Made by a program: the position numbers and the translations under genes
Assembly (NCBI GenBank): GCA_021199295.1
Contig: JAJQII010000002.1
Span: forward strand, 7,756 to 71,755
Direction of reading: 5' to 3'
DNA length: 64,000 nucleotides
DNA from: Clostridia bacterium
Lineage (GTDB): Bacteria; Bacillota; Clostridia; Christensenellales; Borkfalkiaceae
Shown here: positions 38,539-48,049 of the stretch, piece after piece
Numbering within the stretch: the stretch's first letter is position 1
Layout of the letters: each line of letters begins with the position of its first letter
Notes under the pieces: model-generated
Told to the model about the DNA's origin: nothing
What the model saw: the letters and a program-made list of their open reading frames with translations, nothing else
Databases searched by the model: none

Positions 38539-40413
38539 ATGCAAAAAATAAAAAAACTGCTTGTAGCCTTTGTTTCGTTCTGCATGGCGCTGTGCATGGT
38601 CTTCGCAGCAGCCTGCAACAGCGTAACAATAAACAACTCTAACAATTCAGGCAGTTCCGAGAGTTCAAGCAGCTCTGAAAGTTCGAGCAGTTCCAGTTCA
38701 GAGAGTTCGAGCAGTTCCAGCTCAAGCAGCAATTCGGAAAGCAGTTCAGTAAACGACCAGACGGGCTCTACAGGCGGCAACGAAAATACCAACGACGAGG
38801 AAGAAGAAGACTACACACTTACTTCCACCACCGTTTACTTTGTAGGCGACAGCACTGTATGCCAATTTTCTGATACTTATTACCTGCCCCGTTACGGCTA
38901 CGGCACTCAGTTTGCAAATTACGTAGACACAGACTATGTATCAGTGGTAAATTTAGCCCTTTCGGGCAGAAGTTCCCTTAGCTTCACCACAGAAACTAAC
39001 TACAACGTTTTATGGGACGGCGGCACGAATACAAACACTAAAGAAACGGTAAAAGCTATAGGCAAGGGCGACTATCTTATAATAGGTTTCGGCCATAACG
39101 ATGAAAAAACTGATGCTGATAGATATACTGCTCCCACGCTTGACGCTGTAGATACAGCAGGCTCTTTCCAGAATATACTCTACTATAAATACATAAAATT
39201 AGCCTTGGATGCAGGCGCTACCCCCATTTTATGTACACCCATAGTACGTTATAGCTCAAGCGGAACATATACAGGAAATTCCATTCACGTCACAAGTAAC
39301 GGCGACTATGCCGCATGTATATGCGACCTTGCGGAAGATAAAGGCATTACCTGCGTGGACCTTACGACAATAACAAAAACACTGTATGAAACACTCCAGG
39401 AAGACGCGCAGTGGTTTCATGCCTTTTCTAAAGCAGACTTAGCCTCTGACGGCGATGAGCAAGTGAGAGAAATAACAAGTACAACTAACACAACCGTCTC
39501 GGTTGTTCCCAGTGGCATTGATACCACACATATAAATATGTACGGCGCAAAGATGATTTCTTACCAGATAGCTACCGCCCTTCGCACCGCAAGGAAGACT
39601 TGCAACCTCGGCTATTATGTTAAATCTGATATATCCGAGCCCACAATAGCTAACGACCTTGAAGCCGCTTATAATACGTCTTATAAATATAGGGCTTACG
39701 AGTCGCCTAACCTGAGTAGCCTTACATCAGTCGGATCAGTAACCGACTCGCAGGATAATACCACCGAATACAAATTATATGAAACAGTATTTGGCAATGT
39801 AGGCGGATCAGATAAGATTGCTAACTATACCATTTCAGCCGATAACGAAAACGGAACATATACCATATCCAATCTGGGCACAATAAGCGGTAAAATAGCT
39901 TCCAGTTCTGATACGGTTGCCGGAGTATTTACACAAATCGATATTACAAAAACATTTACCGCAAGCGTTAAAGCAAAAGTTACCGGTATATCTTCTGATT
40001 TAGCAGATTCGACGCCTTCACAAGCAGCATACGGCTTAATGCTTAGAGATGATATGTATATTAACACTTCAGATTCTGGCATTTCAAGCAACTATGTAAC
40101 AGCAGGACTCATAGACCAAGCCAACGGCAATGTAATTTTCAGCAGGGAAAACGATACCCTTACTAAAGGTTCAAAAACCTCCGCAATGGCTGTTGGTGAC
40201 GAATATACGCTCTCTATAACTGGCGGCGGACAGATATTTACCGTAACTGTAACAACCTCCTCTGGTTACTCGTATGCACAAGATTACACCGACTTCTCAT
40301 TTACCGCAACAGATACAAATTACGTATATCTCTGTATGTTTGCTGTAAGAGGTTTGGCAGTTGAATTCAGCGATTTCACATTTGCTATTACTGGCGATGC
40401 TGAAAGCGCATAA
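38539..40413 (+). CDS. lipoprotein: poly-Ser linker, SGNH/GDSL hydrolase (rhamnogalacturonan acetylesterase-like) and a C-terminal beta-sandwich-like domain
   Basis: Trimmed to ATG 38539 (GGGGAG upstream). Lipobox FAAAC. Block I VYFVGDSTVC, GFGHNDE, and block V DTTHIN. Confidence 0.8.
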   Translation: MQKIKKLLVAFVSFCMALCMVFAAACNSVTINNSNNSGSSESSSSSESSSSSSSESSSSSSSSSNSESSSVNDQTGSTGGNENTNDEEEEDYTLTSTTVYFVGDSTVCQFSDTYYLPRYGYGTQFANYVDTDYVSVVNLALSGRSSLSFTTETNYNVLWDGGTNTNTKETVKAIGKGDYLIIGFGHNDEKTDADRYTAPTLDAVDTAGSFQNILYYKYIKLALDAGATPILCTPIVRYSSSGTYTGNSIHVTSNGDYAACICDLAEDKGITCVDLTTITKTLYETLQEDAQWFHAFSKADLASDGDEQVREITSTTNTTVSVVPSGIDTTHINMYGAKMISYQIATALRTARKTCNLGYYVKSDISEPTIANDLEAAYNTSYKYRAYESPNLSSLTSVGSVTDSQDNTTEYKLYETVFGNVGGSDKIANYTISADNENGTYTISNLGTISGKIASSSDTVAGVFTQIDITKTFTASVKAKVTGISSDLADSTPSQAAYGLMLRDDMYINTSDSGISSNYVTAGLIDQANGNVIFSRENDTLTKGSKTSAMAVGDEYTLSITGGGQIFTVTVTTSSGYSYAQDYTDFSFTATDTNYVYLCMFAVRGLAVEFSDFTFAITGDAESA

Positions 40414-40550
40414 GATTATCAAGGCTTAAGTATATTGCAAGCTATAAAATTCAGGCTATAACGCAAGCTATAAGTTTACATAATAAAAACAATAGCCCCG
40501 TGAATATAGCCAAATTAACCTTATCCAAAGGTTTAAAAAACACACAAAAA

Positions 40551-40577
40551 GCAGACGGCAAAACCGTCTGCTTTTTA
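40551..40577 (+). terminator. rho-independent terminator
   Basis: GCAGACGG-CAAAA-CCGTCTGC followed by TTTTT. Confidence 0.85.
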
Positions 40578-40624
40578 AATTGCAACAAATGATACTACCT
40601 CATTCTAGCCTTTCACTTAAAACG

Positions 40625-41038
40625 GTGGTATGATAGCTGAAAAGCGTTTTTGCTTGGCTTTCCGCGAGCCGCTTCGCTCTTAGCGTGCGAGGGCGTAGCC
40701 CGACACTCTGCGCACCTTATTGTAAAGGTTTCAAATTATAATGCACAGATAGCCTCACGTCACGCTTCGCTCTTTCATCTCGCATACGCGAGGGCAGCGC
40801 TAACGCTCGCGCAGGATGACAAGGGCTGCGCTCATGTAAACCCCTTCGCCACTTCGTGGCCCTCTTCCCCTCTCAGGGGACGCAAGGGCTGTCATCTCGA
40901 CCGAAGTGGAGAGATCTCCAATCAGTAGCGTTCATTGTACCTACCCCTTATCTTCCCATGCAAGGGGAAAATACCAAAAGGTGGTATGATAGCTGAAAGT
41001 TATCCAGCTTAGATTGCCACGCTGCGCTCGCAATGACA
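40625..41038. repeat. Repeat cluster: P with nested Q (40685-40750), M3 (40841-40888), GTCAT-hairpin (40891-40917), S unit (to 41038)
   Basis: Module identity with the other clusters. Confidence 0.9.
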
Positions 41039-41079
41039 TATCCCGTTAAACACACCATTCCCCCGCAAGTATGGGGCAA

Positions 41080-42099
41080 TCAACTGGCTTGCTTTATTTT
41101 CTTTTTGCCTGAAGACGCCTTTAATTCCTGCTTTACCTCGTCGCACGCCTCGTTAAATTCCTCTTCCGTTTCGGTAATTTCCACGCCGTCGAGAATGTTC
41201 TGCAATTTGTACTCATAATTTAAATACTTTATCGTCTGGAAACCTATCACGGCGGTAAGCGTTCCGTTGGCAAGCCCCTGCACCGAGCTATCCACCAGCA
41301 CGGATATAGCAGAGCCCAAGAGGGGTATACCCTTTGCCGCGTCACCTATGGTATGGGCGACTCCCTGCCCTATCTTGGCGCTGCCGAGCCCGTAGGCAAC
41401 CAGCGAATTATGCACAACCTTTGCAAATATTTTTACTAGCTTTGCATCTGACGGACGGAAGCCATACAAAAACACGATATCCTTTACCATCTGCAAATTA
41501 AGCACGGCGACCATGGCGGCGTCTGCCGCACTGCTCTGTGATACAGCCGAATACATACCGCTTTTAACGGCATTTTTAACTATAATAGAACGGGCGGACG
41601 ACTTTACCGAATGGGTATAAAGTTCGGTAAGGCAACGCTTTATCCCCTCTTCGTCGCCCGTTACAAGGCATGCCGCCATTTCCTGCACCGTCTTGTCGTC
41701 GTACCAGCCCACGCCGTCTACCGTGGCATTCACTTCCACCATCTTTGCGGCAATATTTTTACGTACCTGCCTGTTGTGCTTTTGCGCCTCGCGTGCCGTC
41801 TGCGAGTTTACGTTAGTCTGGAAGTAGTCCGACTTGATTATCTTTACCAAAGGCACTACAAACAGAAGTATGTAAACGACAACGCACACCACTGAAACAG
41901 CTATGCCCGCGTACAGGTTGATATCGTAAACTTTTAAAGCCACTAAAAACAGGCAGGTGAAAAGGAACACGCCTATGACTGTGGCAATCAGCCTGAGTAC
42001 TGCAGAGGCATGTTTTACGTTCTGCCTTTTCACGTATTTTTCTTCGTATTCGTAGATGGTCATTTTGCCCTCTGGCTGACCTGAATTTTTCTCATTCAT
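41080..42099 (-). CDS. membrane protein, DUF697/YcjF-like
   Basis: 339 aa, 2 N-terminal TM segments. AVSQSSAADAAMVAVLNLQMVKDIVFLYG resembles the DUF697 core (from memory). Confidence 0.55.
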   Translation of the reverse strand: MNEKNSGQPEGKMTIYEYEEKYVKRQNVKHASAVLRLIATVIGVFLFTCLFLVALKVYDINLYAGIAVSVVCVVVYILLFVVPLVKIIKSDYFQTNVNSQTAREAQKHNRQVRKNIAAKMVEVNATVDGVGWYDDKTVQEMAACLVTGDEEGIKRCLTELYTHSVKSSARSIIVKNAVKSGMYSAVSQSSAADAAMVAVLNLQMVKDIVFLYGFRPSDAKLVKIFAKVVHNSLVAYGLGSAKIGQGVAHTIGDAAKGIPLLGSAISVLVDSSVQGLANGTLTAVIGFQTIKYLNYEYKLQNILDGVEITETEEEFNEACDEVKQELKASSGKKKIKQAS

Positions 42100-42109
42100 A
42101 AGTTACACC

Positions 42110-42913
42110 TTACAAATCTATGGAATATTTATACAGTTCTGACTTGGTAACGCCCCTGTCTTTGGCGGCACGCTTTACCGCCTCTTTCTTGTCGTACCCT
42201 TCGTCCATATACGCCCTTATATGCTGTTCGGGGGAAAGGCTGTTTAAGGGGTTGTCCGCCGCCTGTTCGCCGCCGATAATCAGCACATATTCGCCCCTCT
42301 TTTCGCCTTCAAGCCCCTGCGCAAGCGTAAAATGGACGACTTCTTCGTGAATTTTTGTAATCTCTCTTACGGCACACGCTGGTCTGTCGCCGAACACTGC
42401 ATACATATCGGCAATGTAGCGGTCTACGTCCTGCGGGGCGGCATGGAAGCACATGGTAATATCCAGCCCCTTGTATCGCTGTAAAAGTTTTTGCCTTTCA
42501 CCCTGCTTGTCGGGCAAAAAGCCCAGAAAGGCAAATCTGTCCGCGGGCATTGCTGAAAGCACCAGGGCAGACAAAAAGGCGTTCGCCCCGGGGATTATAG
42601 TGTACGGCACGCCCCTTTCAGTAAGCGTACGGCAGACGATATTCCCGGGGTCTGATATTACGGGCATACCCGCGTCAGAGATTACGGCAACCTGTTTGCC
42701 CCCCGAATATGCCTCAACTATTTTATCCGCAGCCTCTTTTTCGTTGAATTTATGGCAGCTTAAAAGGGGCTTTTTTATCTCGTACGCGTTGAGAAGTTTG
42801 AGTGAATGGCGGGTATCCTCGCAAAAAATGACGTCCGCGCCCCGTAAAACCTCTAAAGCCCTGAGCGATATATCTTTTAAATTGCCTATAGGTGTTGCCA
42901 CAAAGTATACCAT
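42110..42913 (-). CDS. rsmI: 16S rRNA (cytidine1402-2-prime-O)-methyltransferase
   Basis: 267 aa, MVYFVATPIGNLKDISLRALEVLRGADVIFCEDTRHS... Confidence 0.93.
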   Translation of the reverse strand: MVYFVATPIGNLKDISLRALEVLRGADVIFCEDTRHSLKLLNAYEIKKPLLSCHKFNEKEAADKIVEAYSGGKQVAVISDAGMPVISDPGNIVCRTLTERGVPYTIIPGANAFLSALVLSAMPADRFAFLGFLPDKQGERQKLLQRYKGLDITMCFHAAPQDVDRYIADMYAVFGDRPACAVREITKIHEEVVHFTLAQGLEGEKRGEYVLIIGGEQAADNPLNSLSPEQHIRAYMDEGYDKKEAVKRAAKDRGVTKSELYKYSIDL

Positions 42914-42986
42914 TTTTTAATTACCCCCGACATATGGCGTGATTAATTGTTTATTTTATTGCCTCTTTGCTTTTTATAAGGACGAA

Positions 42987-43046
42987 TGGCAGCTGAAAGT
43001 CGTCCGGCTTAGATTGCCACGCAAACTACGTTTGCTCGCAATGACA
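42987..43046 (+). repeat. solitary S unit
   Basis: TGGCAGCTGAAAGTCGTCCGGCTTAGATTGCCACGCAAACTACGTTTGCTCGCAATGACA. Confidence 0.9.
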
Positions 43047-43106
43047 TACTACTTATTTATCATTATGTACAAATAAACGGCAGTAACCTATTTGTCATAC
43101 ACATTA

Positions 43107-43796
43107 TCACACCGTGCTGCCTGTGTTTATTACGGGCGGCAGCACGTCCACGCCCTCTTTGCCGCCTTTTACCGCCTCTGCCATAACAAGGTAAGGTTTT
43201 GCGCCCTGCCTGCCGCATACAAACTGCAAGCGCTTGGGCTCTAACCCATTAACTTTTAAAAGGTAAATTAGCTCTGCCACCCTGTCTGCCCTGTTTATAA
43301 CCGCAAACCTTCCGCCGAATTTAAGCACCCTTGCGGCGGCAAGCACAATCTCTTTAAGCGTTACAGTAATTTCTTTGCGGCACACCGCCTTTTCGTAAGA
43401 TAAATTTTCAAACCCGCCCTTTTCGTAAGGAGGATTGCACAGCACAAGCGAGAATTTACCGTTGTACTCCGTGCCGATATCCTGCACCTTGCAGCACACC
43501 GCCGAAACGTTTTCAAACCCGTTATAAAGGACGGTACGCGCCGACATATCCGAAAGGTTTTGCTGCATCTCGAAAAGCGTGACATTCTTTATATGCGTGT
43601 TAAGGCAAAGAAAATGAAGCCCCACTATGCCCGATCCAGCGCAAAAATCGGCGACGACGTCGTTCTTTTTACCCTTGACAAAGCGCGACAGCATTATACT
43701 GTCTGAAGTAAAGCGGTAAAGGTTTGTGTTTTGTATTATCTTTTTGTCGGCGAAAAGTTCTTCCAAGACCTCGCCTTCTTTAAGCTCTGCCTGCAT
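43107..43796 (-). CDS. class I SAM-dependent methyltransferase, TrmN6/YfiC-like (NPPY)
   Basis: Trimmed to ATG 43796 because the track TTG start lies inside the upstream terminator hairpin. DFCAGSGIVGL and LCNPPYEKGG motifs. Confidence 0.8.
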   Translation of the reverse strand: MQAELKEGEVLEELFADKKIIQNTNLYRFTSDSIMLSRFVKGKKNDVVADFCAGSGIVGLHFLCLNTHIKNVTLFEMQQNLSDMSARTVLYNGFENVSAVCCKVQDIGTEYNGKFSLVLCNPPYEKGGFENLSYEKAVCRKEITVTLKEIVLAAARVLKFGGRFAVINRADRVAELIYLLKVNGLEPKRLQFVCGRQGAKPYLVMAEAVKGGKEGVDVLPPVINTGSTV

Positions 43797-43842
43797 ACAC
43801 CTATTATAACTTAAAATATCCCCCGCGTAAACTTTTTTAAAG

Positions 43843-43873
43843 CAAAAAACAAAGCGGAACAATTACGTTCCGC
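43843..43873 (-). terminator. terminator after the ferredoxin gene
   Basis: Minus strand GCGGAAC-GTAATT-GTTCCGC followed by TTTGTTTTTT. Confidence 0.8.
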
Positions 43874-43895
43874 CTTGCCGTGTTATTATATGTGA

Positions 43896-44066
43896 TTATT
43901 CTGCAGCGATAGCGCCTGTAGGGCAGCCTTCTTCACATGCACCGCAGTCAATGCAAACATCGGGATCTACCTGATATTTTGTGTCGCCTGCTGATATCGC
44001 GGATACGGGGCAGGTAGCTTCACATGCACCGCACATTACGCATTCGTCAGAAATTACGTGTGCCAT
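43896..44066 (-). CDS. 2x[4Fe-4S] ferredoxin
   Basis: Not in the ORF track (56 aa). Own translation MAHVISDECVMCGACEATCPVSAISAGDTKYQVDPDVCIDCGACEEGCPTGAIAAE, with GGAGGTG upstream. Confidence 0.9.
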   Translation of the reverse strand: MAHVISDECVMCGACEATCPVSAISAGDTKYQVDPDVCIDCGACEEGCPTGAIAAE

Positions 44067-44242
44067 ATTGCACCTCCAAAATAGTTTACGCCTTTAAGCG
44101 TATATATTATATCACACCTTTTTGCCGTTGTAAAGGGGTAAAGACAAAAATTTTTACAAAAATAGCCGCAAAAAGAGCTTTATTTTATTCACTTAGGTTT
44201 ATTTTGAAAAATACTTCCTGCCAAGCAGATAGGAGATAACCT

Positions 44243-45109
44243 TTAGTCGAGAAGTTTTTTTACCTCTTCGTCAAGCTCCTCGTCTTTTTCAGGCTTGCCG
44301 TGTTTTTTGAACTTGATATCGTCCACGCTGAAATCGCGGTAAATCATGGCGTCGCCCTTTACTATCTTTACCTTGACTTCCATTTTAAGCATATTTATGT
44401 TTACCGCCGTGCCCACGCCTTCGGGGGTAGAAACCTCGCTGCCAAGTTTGGGCATCTGTTTGTAAGCCTCGGCATAGTAATCGTTTTCGTATGCAAGGCA
44501 ACACATAAGCCTGCCGCACAGCCCCGATATCTTAGAGGGATTGAGCGAAAGCCCCTGGTTTTTTGCCATTTTTATGGATACCTTTTTAAAATCGGGCATA
44601 CAGCTTGCGCAGCAGCACACCCTGCCGCAAGGGCCTAACCCGCCTACCATCTTGGCTTCGTCGCGGATGCCTATCTGGCGCAATTCTATCCTTATGCGGA
44701 ACACCGAGGAAAGGTCTTTTACCAGCTCGCGGAAGTCTACCCTGCCGTCGGCGGTAAAGTAAAAGAGTACCTTAGTGCCGTCGAAAGTAAATTCGCAGTC
44801 CACCAGCTTCATATCCAGCCCGCGGGCGGCAATTTTCTCCTGCGCTATCTTCATCGCGCCCTCGCGTTTTTCCTCGTTGCGGCGGACGGTCTCCCTGTCT
44901 TTGTCGGTAGCAAGGCGCAAAACGGGTTTTAAGGGTGCTACAAGTTCTTCCTCGGGCACTTCCCTTTCCTCTATGGCGACGGTGGCGTACTCTATGCCTC
45001 GCGCCGTCTCTACTATTACGCCGTCGCCCTCTTTAAAATTGCCGTTGCCTGGCGCGAAGTAATAAGTCTTGCCGCAATCTTTAAATTTTACTCCTATAAT
45101 CTTTGCCAT
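44243..45109 (-). CDS. ricT: PSP1-domain protein YaaT/RicT
   Basis: 288 aa, MAKIIGVKFKDCGKTYYFAPG..., Cys cluster CGRVCCCASC...CGRLMCCL. Confidence 0.9.
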   Translation of the reverse strand: MAKIIGVKFKDCGKTYYFAPGNGNFKEGDGVIVETARGIEYATVAIEEREVPEEELVAPLKPVLRLATDKDRETVRRNEEKREGAMKIAQEKIAARGLDMKLVDCEFTFDGTKVLFYFTADGRVDFRELVKDLSSVFRIRIELRQIGIRDEAKMVGGLGPCGRVCCCASCMPDFKKVSIKMAKNQGLSLNPSKISGLCGRLMCCLAYENDYYAEAYKQMPKLGSEVSTPEGVGTAVNINMLKMEVKVKIVKGDAMIYRDFSVDDIKFKKHGKPEKDEELDEEVKKLLD

Positions 45110-46029
45110 CTCTCATTCTCCTGTATAACGTCTAACATGACGCTGTATAAAAGGGCGGAAAAATACGCGTTGAACTTAAGGTCGGTCTGCGAAGCGCCGT
45201 AGCGCTGGGCTGCGTATAACAGCGTGCGCCCGTCCCACACGGCAGCGATTTTTTTGCCGTCGGCATCTGCCACGCCCGTGACGCTGCCCTTTAACGCTGT
45301 AAAAAAGAGTCTTTCCGCCTCTGCCATAATCTGTTTTTTGTACTTGCTGTCGGCGTACTTTGCCGAAAGCGCCCCCGCCTTTTCGCGGGTATCCGCCGTG
45401 CAAAGCTCCATTGCCGCAGTATTGATTTCGCCGAACGCGCCGCCCGCAAGCGACTGTGCCGCCCCGAGTATGCCGCCGCAGCTTTCGGCTGCCCTTTTGT
45501 TGTAAGCGCCGCCTGCGTTTTCCCGCTCTAACGCGGCGTAAATCTGCTGCGCCGTAAAGGGCGGTATTTCAAGCATATGCACGCGCGAAATTACCGTGGG
45601 CAGCACTGGCGCGGTGCTTTGCGTGCCAAGGAGAAAATATATGCCTTGGGGCGGTTCTTCCAGCACTTTTAAAAGTTTGTTCTGCACTATTGCCGAACAC
45701 TCCTCAAATCCGCTTATAACATACAGTTTTATGTTGCTCTCGGTAGGTTTTAACGCGCTGTCGCTTATAAGGTCGCTTACGGCATCCACCGTGAACTTTT
45801 TATCATTCTGCGGATAGATTTTACAGTCGGGGCAGCTTTCGCGGTCTATCCTTCCGCTTAAACTATCACCCTCTTTACAGCCGAAAATAACTTTGGCAAA
45901 AATTTTGAGCGCCGCACGCATATTAGCGCCGTCGGCAAAATGAAGCATATACGCGTGGGCAAGCCTGCCGTCCGCCGCTTCGCCGCATAAAATTTTGTAA
46001 GCCGCAGTGCTTTTTACCAGCTGTTCCAA
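45094..46029 (-). CDS. holB: DNA polymerase III delta-prime subunit
   Basis: 311 aa; ...LAHAYML..., ...NKLLKVLEEPP... clamp-loader motifs; tmk-holB-yaaT synteny. Confidence 0.88.
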   Translation of the reverse strand: MEQLVKSTAAYKILCGEAADGRLAHAYMLHFADGANMRAALKIFAKVIFGCKEGDSLSGRIDRESCPDCKIYPQNDKKFTVDAVSDLISDSALKPTESNIKLYVISGFEECSAIVQNKLLKVLEEPPQGIYFLLGTQSTAPVLPTVISRVHMLEIPPFTAQQIYAALERENAGGAYNKRAAESCGGILGAAQSLAGGAFGEINTAAMELCTADTREKAGALSAKYADSKYKKQIMAEAERLFFTALKGSVTGVADADGKKIAAVWDGRTLLYAAQRYGASQTDLKFNAYFSALLYSVMLDVIQENERWQRL

Positions 46030-46051
46030 AGCAAATCTCCTTACCGCTTTA

Positions 46052-46672
46052 TTATATTATGCCCTTTTCCTTAAGCAATTTATAAATAATCTCCGACGTT
46101 TCGTACTTAGTCCCGCCGCATTGCACCCGCACTATGCGCGGATATCTTTCGGCAAGGCTTAAATAACCTTCGTAAACTTTATTGTGAAAGGCAAGCCCCT
46201 CGCGCTCCATCCTGTCGTTTAAATCAGCGCCGTGCTTGCGGTCGAACGCCGCCTTGGGGCTTATATCCAGAAACAACGTTAAATCGGGCGGAAACTGCTC
46301 CAAGGCGCAGGCGTTTATGTCGGCTACAAATTCCATCCCCAGCCCGCGTGCGCAGCCCTGGTAGGCAAAAGAAGAATCGACGTATCTGTCGCAGAGCACC
46401 AGCATACCCTTGTCCAAGGCAGGTTTTACAATCTCGGTAAGGTGCTGTATACGCGCCGCCGCGTACAACAGAGCCTCGCACTCGTCGCACATGGCCGAAT
46501 TATTTTTATTTAAAATTACCGTACGGATCTGTTCAGCAACGTCGCTGCCGCCAGGTTCGCGCGTGACTATGTGGCAAATACCCTCTTTTGTAAGCCGTTC
46601 TGAAAGCAGGCGTATCTGCGTGCTTTTGCCCGAGCCCTCGCAGCCCTCGAACGTGATAAATTTACCCTTCAT
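46052..46672 (-). CDS. tmk: thymidylate kinase
   Basis: 206 aa, FITFEGCEGSGKSTQ, ...CDRYVDSS... Confidence 0.95.
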   Translation of the reverse strand: MKGKFITFEGCEGSGKSTQIRLLSERLTKEGICHIVTREPGGSDVAEQIRTVILNKNNSAMCDECEALLYAAARIQHLTEIVKPALDKGMLVLCDRYVDSSFAYQGCARGLGMEFVADINACALEQFPPDLTLFLDISPKAAFDRKHGADLNDRMEREGLAFHNKVYEGYLSLAERYPRIVRVQCGGTKYETSEIIYKLLKEKGII

Positions 46673-48009
46673 AATTTAACAACCTTTATCTTTCCATTCT
46701 CTAAACCAAAGCAGTGGTCAGCCCCAGCCAAGGCGCTGATAACAGCTGTGGTTATCCTCTCGCCAGCGGCAACCACGGGGATACACGGGGGCGAAACGCC
46801 CGCGTTAGCCGCGCACACCCTGCCAAGGCTTTCTTCCAACTCAATATACTCGCAGGGGGCGTTCACGGCGTTAAGGTAGCCATAATTTCCCCTGTCCTCT
46901 TCTGGCAGAAACTTCGGGGAAAAGCATCCGCGCACGTCCTGCCTTTGCGATATTTCTTCCAACGCCGATACAAGGCGGCAAAGCGAGGCTTCGTCCGTCA
47001 TGGGCGACAGATAAAAAAGTATGTATCTGCCGTCGTTAAATTCGGCATATATGCTCTTCTTTTCCAGATATTGGCAGGCGGCGGCACTGTCTATACCAGC
47101 GTAAAAGACGTCCACGGCAAGCTTTGTCCAGTCGTCCGAGGGGTACACTTTATAGCCGCTATTTTCTATTCTTTTGCGCACGTCTGCCTGCATAAGCATA
47201 ACCTGCGCAATCTTTTGCCTGTTTTCATCGCAGTACTTTACCGAATATTCCACCGACGCCATTATGGGAAAACTGGGCGACGAAGTACGGAATATGCTTA
47301 AACCTTCTTCCAGCCTGTCGGCAAGGGTAAGGTCGTTTAAATGCACTATAGCGCCCTGCGTAAGCGCCGGCATAGATTTATGCACTCCGTCTACCCACAT
47401 ATCGGCGTACGCGCCCGCGTAGCCCTGTCCGCCATCGCAAAAGGCGAGATGCCCGCCGTGAGCGCCGTCGGCAATAAGAAGTTTACCGCATTTCTTTAAT
47501 ATCTCGCGGTATTGCTTTAAAGGCACTATATTGCCGTAGTAATCGGGCGAGGTTATCATAAGCCCCGAAATGCTTTCGTCGGCACATATCAGCCGTTCAA
47601 TCTGTTCGGGAGAGGGCGGGAGCATTACGCCGCCGCGTTCGCCGCCCTGCACTATCACGGGCTCTAAACCGAGAATGGCGCAGGCATTCCACACGCTTTT
47701 ATGGCTGTTGCGGGGTACTATTATTTTACCGCCCCGCCCCTTTGCCGCGTAAAGCATAGCCATTACGCCACTTGTAGAACCGTCGGTAGTAATGTACGAA
47801 CGCTTTGCACCTACTATATCGGCTATATCGCGCTGGGCGCAAGCTATCGCGCCAGTAGGCGACGACAAGTCGTCCGTACAGGAAAGCTCGGTAGTGTCGG
47901 TCAGCGCAACGGGGAACGTGCGGCAGTAGCCGCTCTCGTTTTTATGCCCCGGGGTGTGAAAGCTGACGTTATTGTTTGCGGAAATAATCTCTAATATATG
48001 GCAGTGCAT
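46669..48009 (-). CDS. Orn/Lys/Arg decarboxylase-family PLP enzyme (YaaO-like)
   Basis: 446 aa, ...FHTPGHK..., ...VHKSMPALTQG... (PLP lysine); synteny upstream of tmk. Confidence 0.85.
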   Translation of the reverse strand: MHCHILEIISANNNVSFHTPGHKNESGYCRTFPVALTDTTELSCTDDLSSPTGAIACAQRDIADIVGAKRSYITTDGSTSGVMAMLYAAKGRGGKIIVPRNSHKSVWNACAILGLEPVIVQGGERGGVMLPPSPEQIERLICADESISGLMITSPDYYGNIVPLKQYREILKKCGKLLIADGAHGGHLAFCDGGQGYAGAYADMWVDGVHKSMPALTQGAIVHLNDLTLADRLEEGLSIFRTSSPSFPIMASVEYSVKYCDENRQKIAQVMLMQADVRKRIENSGYKVYPSDDWTKLAVDVFYAGIDSAAACQYLEKKSIYAEFNDGRYILFYLSPMTDEASLCRLVSALEEISQRQDVRGCFSPKFLPEEDRGNYGYLNAVNAPCEYIELEESLGRVCAANAGVSPPCIPVVAAGERITTAVISALAGADHCFGLENGKIKVVKL

Positions 48010-48049
48010 CTTTAATAAAGGGCGCGACGGTTATCGCGCCCGTTAAATG

